A stretch of DNA of 64,000 nucleotides from Phyllosticta citribraziliensis. Lineage: Eukaryota. The notes beneath the pieces were generated by a model. It ran no database searches. It saw nothing but the letters and a program-made list of their open reading frames with translations, and had not been told where the DNA came from. Every line of letters begins with the position of its first letter. Positions within the stretch are counted from its first letter, which is position 1. Shown here in pieces: positions 13,499-27,900 of the stretch. The DNA is taken from assembly GCF_038025025.1 (NCBI RefSeq), contig NW_027117346.1:372001-436000 (forward strand), in the 5' to 3' direction. The position numbers were made by a program, and so were the translations under genes.

Positions 13499-16400
13499 AT
13501 TAGTATATTATTAATATATATAAAGGTAAAATCCTAGCAGCCTATATAGTATAGGATATTATTAAATTAGTACTAAATATATAGTATACTATTATAGAAT
13601 CCTATAAGAGCTACTACTAGGGTTTCCTAGCTATAGTAACTCTAGATTATTATATAGTACTAGTAGGCTTACTTAACTAATTATTAATAGAAGAAAGATT
13701 ACCTATTAATAAGTAAGGTATATAGATATCCTTATAGATAACTTACTAAGTCCTAGATAGTTTTTAAGGCATACTTATTATAGTATATTAGGGTATTTAG
13801 ACCCTAGATATCTATAACTCTATAATCCTTATATTTATACTAGACCTATAGGGGCCTATCTCCTAATTAGGGAAGCTAGTAGTACTTATCCTTCTAGATA
13901 ATAAAAGCTAGCTAAGTAAACTCTATTAGCTTATCTATCTATAATATTTTAGGTATTCTATCTATAGTAATCTAGTTATATAGGTCTTTAAAGGTCTTAT
14001 TTAGAACCTACTTACCCTTATAGGATATACTATATATCTAAGTTAGTAGGAGGTATCCTAGCTTATCTTACTAGTTATTTATTAGGTTAATAGGTATCTA
14101 GTCTTCCTTAGGTATATTAATTATAGTATATTAATCTATAAAAAGTAGTAGATATTTCTTTAGGATTTTCTAAAAGGTATTAATATAATCTAGTAGACTA
14201 TAGATATAAATACTATTATTAAGAGTAATTTCTAGCTCTAGTAGGATCCTATTATAGAATATACCTACTATAGAGTAGTTAGATACCTAGTAGTAGCTAT
14301 TAATTTCTATAGTAACTAAGTATCTAAGCCTTACTTATTATAGGATTATAAGTAGCTTATCTATATTATTATAAGTAAAGAGCTAGCTAAAATCTAAATT
14401 ATATATTATATAATATAGGATACTACCTTAAACTAGGAATAGGATCTAGCTAGTTTACTAATTAGGTTAAAATTTATATAGCTAATTAGGGAGATCCTTA
14501 CTAGTTATTATACTAATTAGTACTAATAAATATAGCTTAATAATTACCTACTATATAGCCTTAATAACCTTATATACTAGTATAGTATACTTCTATAGGA
14601 CTACCTTAGTCTATAGGTTATAGTAGAAAGGCTATATTACTATACTTTATAAGCTATTAATTAGGACCCCTTAAGGTTAGATAATATTTATACTAATAAG
14701 TAGTAGGATTAGTATATTATTAACTACTCTTATATAGTACTATACTATCCCTATAGCTTATAATCTATTAGGCAGTACCCCTAGTAAGTAGAGTAGTAAA
14801 AGGATATACTTATTAGATACTATAGGTTTACCTACTACTCTATAGATAGTACCTACTATTAGTAAGGTCTAGATCTTAATATTAGGTAGTTTATTATATA
14901 GGAAGCTTTTTACTACTAAGGATAAAGATACTCCTATATCTAAGTAAGCTATATTAAGGAATCCCTTAGGTATAAGCTAGAAACTTATTTCTATTAACTA
15001 GTATATAGAGAAATAGGAAGGTACCTAGATATCTATTATATTTATTAAAGAACTAATTATCTATAGATCCTATATACTTATAGTAAAAATAGTATTAAGT
15101 ACTTAGGGTATCTTATTAAGCTAATAATTAGACTACTTAGTTTTATTACTCTTAAACCTATTCTATACTCTAGTAAGATAGTCCTTTAAATATATAAATA
15201 GCTTATTATATAATATAAAATATATTAGGTAGAACTAGTATCTATATAGTAAGACTAATTAAGTATTATCTAGAGTCTTATTATTAGTACTAGCTAATAG
15301 GCCTAATAGGGTAAGGTTAATAAAAAGTATAAAATCCTTATAATAGTAATAGGCTATATCTTCCTCTATAGTATCCTTATCTACTAATACCTTATTACCT
15401 TTATCTAGGCTACTATCTAATATATCTCCTTCTTCTTCTTTACTATTACTACTATCTAGGCTACTAGTATAATAATTAGGCTATACCTTAGCTAGGCCCT
15501 TACCCTTCTAGTTCTAGTATTAGGATTTTAAATTAATAGTATTTCTAATATACTTAGATAGAGTAGGTAGGGCCTTTTTCTTAGGATATATAATCTACTT
15601 CTTAGCTATAGTATTACTTATATAACCCTAGCCCCCTTAATAGGAGTTATTAATATTATTATAGGGATTTTATAAGAATCCTTATTAATTAGTATTATAT
15701 ATAAAAGGTTACTTACTTACTTATAGATGTACTTTATTATATAGCTTATACTATATATACTAGTATAACTTAATATCCTAGATAAATTCTTCTATAGTAG
15801 TATCTACTTATAGGTATAGGATAAGTATATAGTATTATACCTCTATCTTATTCTAAGCCTATATTAATTAGCTATAGACCCTAGTAAGACTAGATACCTT
15901 ACTATAATAGATATAATCTAATATAAAGTCTACTATTAGGATATTATTATATATACTATATTTATTAAACTTTATTTTATTTAGCTACCTTATAGCTTTA
16001 TAGATTAGTAGTCCCTATTACTCCTATAGTACTTATATCTAGTTATTAATACTATTACTATCTAGGAATATATCCTAGTAGGCCTTTATTAATTATTAGA
16101 TATACTATTTAGAGGTATGACCCTTAAGGTATTACCCTAAGTTTTTATAGACTATATATACTAGAATATATTATAAGGATATATCTATAGCTTTAATAAA
16201 TTACTTAATATCCTAGTAGTAGGTCTAGGGTCCTTTAATTATAATATTACTAGGCTTAAATTTAGCTTCTAGGAGGTATAGGTTAAAGAATCTAACCTCC
16301 TTAGGGCTAAACTTTAATATTAGTAGCTACTATTATAGATAAGGAGGAAACTACTAATTTAGATCTAGAGTAGTTTATAGACTAATATTACCTAGGTATT

Positions 16401-18308
16401 CTATAGCCTTTCTTTTATAGTCTATATACTAGATTATAGCTCTTAGGCTATTTTAATTAGTTTAGGCTTCCTAGGTAGTATCCTCCTAGGTTTAGTAGTA
16501 TAACTCTAGGGTTTAGAATAGTTTACCTAATTATATATTAATTTTATTTATACTAGTATTAATTACTATAAGCCTTATTCCCTACTAGCCTAGTAGCTTA
16601 GATTATTTACCTAATTATTATATTAGATTAGTAATAGCTATATCCTAAGTACTAAAGTTAGTATTAAGGTACTTAGCTTAGGCCCTAGTAAAGGCTAGTA
16701 GGTCCTCTATATTACCTTATCTACTATCTCTAGATTCTTTACTAGATCTACTAGCCCTAGATATTATAACTCTCTAGTAGTATTAAGAACTTATACTTAA
16801 TTAGCTTATAGAATAGTATTTAGATACTCTAGGGGGTAGGAGTATAAGAAGTAGCTTATATTAGTTATATTATAGTAACTAGGAAGGTTTTAGTAAGGGA
16901 AATTAAATATCTAGGTAGTTAGTATTATATTAAATAATTATATTAAGGGATCTACTATATAAATCTAAAGAGAGGTTATTACTACTTATATTATAATAGT
17001 TAGGGAAATAAAAGGCTCTATAGTAACTAGATTAGTAAAGGTTTAGATCTATAGAGTAGGATTTATAGCTTAATATATAAGAATAGTAGAAAAGATTAGA
17101 AGATATATATAGAGAGGATAAATATCTAAGGGATATATTAAAGGAGGGAGTATTAAATAGTTATTATTAAGTATAACTAGGTATTAAAGGACTAGTAGAT
17201 TTTTTAATAGGTAATAGTAGGTATATTATACCTATATTAGGGCCTAGGATCTAGTATAGTAACTACTATTATAGTTATTTAGTTACTATAGTACCTAGTT
17301 ATTATATACTATCTTTATAACTAGTAGATCTATATAGACTAAACCTATAGAGGGTAATTATACTATACTCCTTAATTATACTTTAGGAAGACTATTATAC
17401 TAAAGGTGCTTATAGTATTAAAGAATAGACTAGAGTAGATATATATAGTATTATAATATATTAAGGAGTGGTAGGGGTTAAAGATATAGGTACTAGTATA
17501 GGTAGTATACTTATAATACCTACTATAGAATATATAGTATCTATAGATTAGCTTATTAGTATTAGTATCTAGCCTATAATTATCTAGGATTAGCTAGAAG
17601 AACTAAGTAGTAAGCTTATAATAATAGGTAGTAGGGTAGAGCCTTATAACTAATTCTTATAGGCTAGTATACTAATCCTAGTAACCTAAGTAGTATACTT
17701 ATTAATAAACTCCTATATAGTATATAAGAGAGCCTATTAGCCCTTAACTATAGAGTTCTAAATAATAGGATATCTAAAAAGAGCCCTACTAGCTAGATTC
17801 CTTATATTAGCCTAGATCTTAGGAGGATTAAACTATTATATAAAGGTAAAGATTAACTAATAGGTTAAGGTAAGGAGTAGATTCTAGAGGGACTATAGGC
17901 TAGTATCTAAGAGGTTCTATAATTACTAAGTAAGTAGTTAAAGTCTTATAGGTAGTTCTTATTACTCTATAGTTATTAAGGTAGACTAGATTAGATTCTA
18001 GATATAGGAGGATCTTAATATACTATTAATATAGTAGAAGATATATTATATATTTAGATCTAAGTAGCTAGTATAGTAGTAGTAGAAGTAGTATAAAAAG
18101 GGGTTTTAACTTATAGAATAACCCTTTTTAGCTACTATATATAATAATCTAACTAGATATTTATAGTACTAATTTAGGTATAAGAGTTATCCTATTACTT
18201 AGGCTATCTATATAGCTAAAGTACCTATCCCCTATGACTATTAAGCTTGCCAAGCTTACTCTTAGCATCTAACAGCCACTCTAGATCCCTATAGGATCTA
18301 CTGCTGCA
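13499..18308 (-). mobile_element. Family A host copy A2, 5' LTR + gag + protease + RT up to YIDD
   Basis: The reverse complement aligns with A1 2403-7227. The 5' LTR is at 18140-18308 (169 bp, starts TGCAGCAG on the minus strand). YIDD codons at 13507-13518. Confidence 0.93.
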
Positions 18309-18805
18309 GCCTCTAAGCTAATTAAACCCTTACTACCTACTTAAATATTATCTTAGGTATTATAGCTTAGTATAGTCTACCTACCTATATCTATAGCTAG
18401 TATGCTACTACCTATAACTATAACTATAACTCTCCTCTAGACTAGTAGCTAGTTATCTAATAACTACTCCTTACTACTATTACTATCTATAAATAATACT
18501 GCCTTATCCCTACTATAGCCTACTACTATAACTCCTATTAAGATCTTATACTATAGTAAACCTCTCTATAACAATTTACTAATCTCTCCTATGTAAGTTA
18601 GTACTAAGCAAGTCGGCCAGCTATACTAGTTAATATATTATAAGGTAGGCTAGCTAAGAGAGCTCACTTAATTATAGTACTACTACTAAGCACCTAAGGA
18701 TATCTCTATTATTAAGGAGACTATAAGTTAGCTTAATAAATAGAGTTATTCCTAGGTAAGCTTATTAGCTAATATTATACTAATTAAAGCTTTTAATATA
18801 GTCCT

Positions 18806-19390
18806 TATTACAGGTTGGCTAAAAACCTATAATTATATTAAATACTACTTAGTATTAAGTACTAGGTATACCTATACTATAACTACTAGCTATAACTATA
18901 AGCTATATATACTAAAGTCACCTAACTCCTTAAGAGCTATAGCTACTTAGATAATTTAACCCTAGTACCTATATATATATTACTAATATAATAATAGAAA
19001 TAAGAATAGAACCTCCTATACCTATAGTAGGGACTTAGCTAAGTAGTTAGTTTTAAAAAGTATATTACTACTAATAAGCTAGTAAACTACTATATAATTT
19101 AGGATTAAGATAAGGTCTCTTCTCTTATAGTACCTACCTTCCTTTAGTTATAATTCCTAAGGTAAGTTAGGTAATAGAATATAAAAGGATCTTATTATAT
19201 AAATACTATAGATAGCTATCTTTATTTTCTTATAATTAATACTCCTAAGTAGACTCCCTACTAACTTAACTTATACCTTATTATATACCCTTCTTACTTA
19301 GCTTTATCTCCTATACTTATACACCTTATTATTAACTAGATAGTTACTTAGAACTAGCCTACTAATTAGGTAACCTATTAGCCTATAATA
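18806..19390 (+). repeat. 5' LTR of B
   Basis: Direct repeat of 35360-35944; the differences seen are transitions. Confidence 0.95.
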
Positions 19391-22300
19391 GAAAAATAAA
19401 GATTATTAAGTTACTATATCTTTTCTTATACTAACTCTCCTAATACCTAGGAAGGTCTAAAACATCCCCTACTAAAAATACTAGGTATATATTCTAGGAA
19501 TAATACCTATACTAGTTAGCTAAGCCCTACTCTAAGTCTTATAGTATAAGTACTAGTAGATACCTCTATAAGCCTAGAGGACCCCTAGGTATATAGCTAG
19601 AGCTACTTTATATAAGAAGTAGAGATTAGTATATAAAGAGAATATAGGTAGTCTCCTACTCTAAAACCCCTATAAGTAATAAGGTTATATTATATAGATT
19701 AGACTAAATTAAGAACTAGTTAATTATAGCTAATCTAGGATCTAGCTAAGAGGGTAGAGTAATAAGGTTAACTTCTATAGCTCCTTTAATCCCTTCTATA
19801 TAAATAGAAGGAAACCCTAATAACTCTCCTTTAGAACTAGAGGAGAATCCTATCCCCCTATAAATTTATAAAGTTAGTTTAAAGAATCTAAAGCTATTTA
19901 AGGTAGTAATAGAATAGGGGCCCTATATAAAAGTTATTCCTAAGCTCTTTAATAAACTTTTAAGATCTAAGGAGATACCTAGTAAGAGTTAGTATAATAA
20001 GACTTATAAGGTAGAGATTATTAAGTTACTCCTTAATAAGAAGTACTAAGTAGCTACTATAAAAGAAGTAATCTCCTACTATAGATAGTTTATAGACTAC
20101 TATAGAAATAAGATTTTAGTAATCCTACTAGTCTATATAATAGATAAAATTACTAAAGAATAAACCTACTATAAATACTTATCTTATAAAGGAATTATAT
20201 TCTCCTATAATTTAGCTTATACTACTACTAGCTAGCCTACCTAGAAGTATTATATTAAGATCCTAGATCTATCTCTCCTTATAGATAGAAAAGTACCTAA
20301 GTACTAGGTCTAGCTCTACTAGGTTAAGAATAAAATTTAGACTAACTATAACTAATTTATCTTAGATAACCCTATAGATACTAAGGTAGTAATTATAGTA
20401 TATATTATATCTAGAATAAGTAGTAAAGTAGCTAATTACCTTCTTCTATTCCTTAATACTAAAGAAAAAGAAGAATTACTTATTACTAATACTAATTTAT
20501 ATACCTTTCTAGGGGATAAGTTTAATAATCCCTTTAAAAGAAAGGAAGCTAAGGATAGTCTCTAGTACCTATACTTCTATATTAGTAATAATTTCTAATT
20601 ATATATTACTAAATTTATAGCTCTAATTCTAAATATAGACCTATCCTAGTCCTAATAGAAGGAAGAGTTTTATACCTCTTTAAACCCTTAATTAAAAATA
20701 TATATAATACTCTATAAGGATAATAACTATATTAAGTTCTAGGACTATATTAATAAGGTATCTACTATTATATATAACCTAAAGGACTACTAAGCTTCTT
20801 ATATATAAGTAAGTAAATCTAAAGCTAAATAATAGTAGGAGGAATATTCTAGAAAGAAAGCTAGTATTAGCTCTACTACTCCTAAGAAACCTAGTTATAC
20901 TAGTACTTCCTTATATACTACTAAATCTAAGGAACCTAAGAAACCTATAGATAATAGTAAAAAGGATACCTACTATAATTATAGGAAAGAAAGATACTAG
21001 GTATAAGATTATATAATTTCTATTAAGGAAATAGATATATAGCCTAAAGAAGATAAGCTAGTACTTAAACTAGAAGAATCCTCTAAGAGTAGTAACTTAA
21101 AAAACTCCCTTTTCTAAACTCTAGGCCTACCCTAGAGATAATAATTAGGACCCTCTAGTTTAAAGGTATAGATATTAGAATTAATAATTTTATAGGAGAA
21201 TAAGCCTTTACTATACCTATTAAGATCTATAAAGATAGGAAAGCTCTCTATACTAAGGTACTAGTTAATACTAGTACTTTTAGGACCTACTTTATCTACC
21301 TATAACTTATATAATACCTTAATACTCTTAGTATATATAAATATAAAATTACTAGGGGTATACTTAAGGCCTTAGGATTTAATAGATAAGTAGCTACTAA
21401 ACTAAAATATACCTATTTCCTTACTCTTACCCTTAACTAAAAAATATATAAAATATAGGCCTTTATTATAATAATTAGTTATAATAATCTTATACTTAGG
21501 AAATATTTCTTTTCTTAGAATAACCTTTTACTAGATTATAAAAAATATAAGCTTCTTAGCTAGGATAATAAAGCTCTACCTATTTATAAAAAAATACTTC
21601 CCCTAGTTTATTTAGTAGTGTACTAATAAGGAAAAATCTTAGAAATATACTAAAAAGACCTAGAAAGAAGAGAAAAAGCCTAAAAAGATATAGAAGAGAA
21701 AATAGATAATCTAGGGATTAACTCCTTATTTATTCCTTTAAACTCTCTTTTTATATAGGATAAAAGCTTAGAAGTCTAAGTTATTACTCTCTAAGAAGTT
21801 AATATAAGAATTTAAGAACTTACTTTACTTAAAGAAGATAAAGAAACTATATAACTCCTTAATAAATACCTCCTACTATAGTATAAGGAATACTAAGATA
21901 TCTTTTCTAAATAATAATTAGATACCCTACCCCTATACTAGCTAGGTATTAATTATAGGATTACTATTAATAGAAATAAACCCTTTTCCCTCCCTCTAAG
22001 TCCCTTATATAGAATAATAATTAAATAACTATAAGCTATAAAGAAGTATATCCTTAAAAACCTTAAAAAAGGCTTTATAGTTAAAAGTACTATACTATAT
22101 ATATTACTAATTCTTATAGTCTAGAAGGGTAGTAGTAACTAGAGATTCTATATAGACTACTAATATCTTAATACCTATACTAAGAAAGACCTATACCCTC
22201 TACCTCTTATCTAAGAAATTCTCTAAAGAATTACTAAGGGTAAAGTATATATAAAGCTAGATATCTAATAAGTATTTTACTAAATTCTTATAGACCTAGA

Positions 22301-24503
22301 ATCCTAGGACCTAATAACCTTCTATATATAGTATAGATATTTTAAGTATACTATACTCCCCTTTAGACTCTATAATAGTCCTACCTTATTCTAGTACTTT
22401 ATTAATAAAGAACTTATACTATACCTAGATAATTTTATTATTACTTTTATAGATAACCTACTTATTATCTTAGAGAACCCTTAGGAGTATAAGTAATAGG
22501 TTAAGAAGGTACTTAAATAACTATAATATACTAACTTATAGGTAGATATTAAGAAATCTAAATTCTCTATTACCTATATAAAGTTTTTAGGATATATTAT
22601 CTCTACTAATAGAATCTCTATAGATCTAGATAAGATATCTACTATATATAAATAGAACCTATTAATAACCCTTAAAGGACTTTAAGCCTTTTTAGGGTTT
22701 TATAATTTCTACTAAAACTTTATCCCTAAATATAGTAGAATAGCTAGACTACTAGAGAAACTCTACTCTAAATAGAAATTTTATATCCTTAATAATTTTA
22801 AGGTCTAGATATTCTAATAACTAAAGAAGATAATAACTAGCTCCCTAGTAATAATATACTATAATCTTAGGCTAGTTATATATATAGAAATAGATATAAG
22901 TAATAGAGTAGTAGCTAGAGTCCTATTATAGTATTAAGAAACTAGAGAATAGAGGCCTATAACTTTCTACTCTAAGTTAATATTAGATATAGAACTCTAG
23001 TATAAAATCTATAATAAGGAGTTCCTTACTATTATATATAGATTTAAAGAATAGAGAAGTATACTCCTAGGCCTATATTAGCTATTTATAGCTATTATTA
23101 ATTACTAGGCACTTAAATACTTCTCTACTAAATACTAACTTAATACTTAATAAGCCTAATAGTTAGAGAAACTTGCTAAATACTACATTAAATTTATATA
23201 TAGGCTAGGAAGAGATAACATTATTACTAATACTCTTACTTAAAAATAAGAAGAGCTATAAACCTAGAAGAATAAGAGTATTATTAGGTATATAATATAA
23301 CTAGTAGCTAAAGACTAGATCCTTAACCTAAATACCCTTAATATTACTTTTAGTAGCTTATTCCTAATCCTAGATAAAGTACTAGAAGTAAATAAAAAGT
23401 CTACCTTATTAGAAGAATAGTATATATAAGCCTATAAACCTAATAAGAAGGATTAGACCTTCTATAATAACTACCTCTTCTTTAAAGAGCGACTAGTTAT
23501 TCCTAAGTAAGATATACTATATATAGAGCTTATAAATAAAATTTACTTATTACCCTTAATTATATATACTAGATAAAATAAAACTTAGGAAGTAGTAAGA
23601 AGATACTACTACTAGCTAGATATCTCTTAGTAGATTAATAATATTATAAAAGTATACTATATATACTAAAGGAATATAAACTTCTATAATAAGAAACTAG
23701 GACTACTTTAACCCCTTCTAATCCTAGACTAGGTATAGTAGTATATTACTATAGACTTTAAGGAGATACCTAAGGATAAATCTAGGTATAATATAATTTT
23801 AGTATTTATAGACTAGCTAAGTAAGTAAACCTTTAGCCTTCCCTACTATAAGGTAATTAATACTAAGGGTATTACTTAACTATACTATTAGTATATCTAG
23901 AGAATATATAGTATGCCTAAATTAGTAGTTTCTAACTAAGGACCCTAATTTATTTTAGATTTCTAGAATAAGCTATATATAATTATAGGAGTTAAGTAGA
24001 AGCTTACCTTAGCCTACTACTCCTAGATAAATAGTACTACTAAAATTATAAACTAGGTTATTAACCTATACCTATAACTATATATTAACTATTTTTAGGA
24101 TAACTAGGTAGAAAGGCTCCTAGTACTAGACTTTATATAAGTTATACTCCTATATAAATCTATAGGCATATCCCCCTATAAGTTAATCTTTAGCTACTAG
24201 CCTAGTTTCCTATTTAATTAGGAGAAATATACTATATATCTAGAACCTATAGAGAAACTATCTTATATTACTATATAAAGATTTACTAAATATATATAAG
24301 AAAGTATATAGTAGGCTAAATAATAGCTAGATCTTACCTAGGAATAAATAGTATAAGCTATAAACTAATTCTAGTAGGAACCTAACTTTAAGGAAGGTAA
24401 TAAGGTATATATCTCTATATAAGGTATAAGTACTAACTAACCTAGTACTAAGCTTAATACCTAGAACTAAGGGCCCTACTATATTATTAAGAAAAAGGGA
24501 TAC

Positions 24504-24926
24504 TATCACGATAGGCATACACGCACCTATATAAGTACTAGGGCCAGCACGGATAAACCCAGCATTATATAGTTACAGGAAGCACAAGCCTCACCTTAGG
24601 TAGCAGCCTACTACAGCTCAGGCTAAAACCTATAGGCTAGTACTAGCTACTACAGCCTAGCACCAGCCACTACAGCCCTAGGCAGATACTATATAATAGC
24701 CTATTAATACCTCACCTTTATAACTTACCTAATAATAACTAAGGACCCTTATATAAAGGACGAGAGGTAGAATAGTATAAAGAAAGGACTAGGAAATATA
24801 TAGGTAGTAAGTATCTTTTATATTTTATTCTTTTAACTTATTATATTTAATTAAGATATATATATATTCTCTAGCAGTTTGCCTTTAGCCCTTACCTATA
24901 TAATAAGAAATCTATAAGTTATAATA
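24504..24926 (+). repeat. 5' LTR of C
   Basis: Direct repeat of 32314-32736; contains a short internal ~20-bp tandem repeat (ctagcaccagccactacagc-like). Confidence 0.95.
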
Positions 24927-27900
24927 GATATAAAAGATTATTCTAAGTTTTAGCTCTATCCTACTTCTTTACCTATAAAGGTATTATAATATTTGACCTA
25001 AGTGACATTATATACAGCTATAGTCTTATATAAGACTGCTTATTACTTTTCCTTAGTAAACCTAAGTTATCTTTATTAGGCGCATCAGTATTATCTAAGG
25101 ACTAAGGAGCATTAAGTATATATTAACTATAGAAGTCTTTAGTTAAGGCTATAGGGTAGTATATAAATATTTAAGAGGCGTCCTATCTATAACCTACTTA
25201 AGGGATATTCTAAGTAGAAGACTATAAAGACAGTATAGCTAAGAATAAAGCTAATACATCTAGTACTACTAAAGGTATTAGTACTAGTTAATTAACCTAA
25301 TAAGATTCGCGCGAAGGAACTAAAGATTTGTATAATACTAGATACTTATTAAATAATAATAAGAGAGGACCTACCCCTATTCTCCTATATAATTTCTACT
25401 TAGTCTTAGTAGTAGAGGTAAAAGAACGTACCTAAGACCTAGGGTCAACTTGTACTATTTAAGCTCTAGTTATAGAGGCGTTTATAAAGGTACCGCGCTT
25501 AGATATTAATTAATTTAAATCTAAGATTACATCCTTAAATAAGTCTTAAGTGTAGTAGTAACTAAACTATGCATAAAGGTAGAACTAGGCTCTTAAGTAA
25601 ATGCTCTTAAACTATACTAATAGACTAAGGGAAGCCTTAAGGGAAGGATATATTAGGCCCTCTCTATTAGCTTAGTACCTAAGACCTATTACCCTCTCTT
25701 AAGATCCTTCTACTAGTAGAGTAATAAGGACTCTTAGACCTCCTCTAACCTATATAAGGGAAACTACTACTAAAACCTCTACTTTATCTTTAAGTAGTAA
25801 GAAATACTAAAGTAGTAAGGTTCCTAATCCTCCTCTTCTTACTAATAGAGAAGACCCCTTATATAAATACTAGACCCTCCTTATATAAAATAAAATTAAA
25901 TAAAACCATGATTACTTTACTAAAGATATAGTAGAGGAGACTAAATAGAATATTATAGGTTATATTATTTCCTATATTAGTAGAGAAGTCTTATATTACC
26001 TAACTCCTTTCCTTACTTCTTATATAAAGGCTAATAAAGTTACTCTAGATAAGAATATCTTTAAATTCCTAGATAACCTCCTTTAGAGTCTATATAAATA
26101 TAAGGATATAAAGAAGTAGTTATACTCTCTTATATACTATATTCCTATAGACCTTTAGAAGTTTTAATTAAACTTTATATAATTAGCCTTAGATGTAGAT
26201 CTTCCCTAAGAATAGTAGAAAGAGGACTTTTATAATGTAATAGATCCTCTCCTTTAAACCTATATAGTTACTATAGAGTAAGATAAGGATGTTAACTTTT
26301 ATAAGTACCTCTAATAAGCCTACCCTATTACTTAAAGTCTTAGTAACTACCATTCTAACTATAGAAAACTAATACTTACGTCGCGCGAGGAATAAGTAAA
26401 GAAGAGATAATAAGAATAAGTAAAGATAACTGCCTTAGGCAGTATAAGTACTTTATCTTCTAGTTATACCTAGGCGCGATCTATATCTAGGGCTCCCTTA
26501 TATAATATAACCTGTAAAGGTAAAGTAGAAGTCTATATAGAGATTAGACTGTATAATTACTATAGCTAGTTTAGCTATTTATAGAGATAATGCCTATAAC
26601 TAGAGATAAAGGCAATAGAGTTAGTTAAAGAAGAAAGCGCTAAAGATGTCTATATAAATAAAGGAGATTAGTCTTTATTAGAAAATAATAAGACCTAGGT
26701 AAAGTCTCCTGCTATAGGTCTAAACTTAGAGTAATACATATTAAGGGTTCTTATATAAATCTTAGTTACTTTATTAGAGGTGTACCCTTTACTATACGAA
26801 CCTTAATTATATCTAATAGCCGCGCCTTAGAAATTTATGCCCTAGCTAATACTAGTACTAGTTATATAAGTTTTATTTACCCTAAGCTACTACTAACTCT
26901 CTAGTCTATAGGTGCTATAAAAAAGAGAATAATAGGTAAAGGGCTTAATATTACTAGGTTTAACTAATATATAAATAAGAAAGTTAATTTTTACTTTTAT
27001 CTTTAACTCTACTTCTAGGATTAAATGGTTTCTACTTATACTTTTATTTATAATATTAGCCGCAATAACATGATTCTTAGGTAATAGTTTTTTAACTAGT
27101 ACGATGTTCTTCTAGACTATAAATAATATAAACTAGTCTAGAGATAGCTACTAGTTAACTAATCCTTTTAGCATCTTTTATACCTACTAAAAGTCTCTAT
27201 ATAAAGTAATAAACTACAGAAAGAACATTAAGTAGATATAGACTATAGAGATAAAAACTTTAATAAACGCCTTCTTCCCTTAGTATAGGTTATTAAGGGA
27301 ATTAAATTTTAAACTTAAGATGCTTTTAAGCTTTCTATCTATAAAATACAAGTTATACTAATAGAGATCTATACTATCAACCTTATACAAGTTTAAGCAG
27401 CTCTTAAAGATAAAGAAACTAAGGAATTATTAGCTTCTAAGCTACTAGCTACTTATAAGGAATTTTAAGATGTGTTTTCTAAAATAGAGTCTAATAAGCT
27501 ACCACCGTATTATATAGGAGTTAATTATAAAATATCTCTTATATATAATAGTCTACTAGAGCTTCTGCCTAGCCCTCTCTATAGAATGTCTCTAGAACAG
27601 CTTAAGGCTGTAAAAGAGTATATTATTAAGAATATTTAGAAAGGCTTTATTACTAAAAGCTTTACTACTTACGCTTCTCCTATTCTAGTAGTAAAAAAGC
27701 CTAGTAGGGGATAGAGATTTTATATAGACTACTAATAGCTTAATAAATAAACTACTAAGGATTCGCACCCCCTCCCTCTTATTATAGAGTTACTTTAGCG
27801 CGTTAGAAAGGGCAAGATTTATACTAAGCTTAATATTTAATAAGCTTTCTACTACATCTATCTTACTAAGGATTCTAAAGATAAAACCACTTTCTATATA

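Noticed and set aside
24327..24518. 63-aa minus-strand ORF, the only ORF called in the AT block
   Set aside because: Chance stop-free antisense stretch spanning the B integrase/C LTR junction; its I/L/Y-rich composition reflects RIP.
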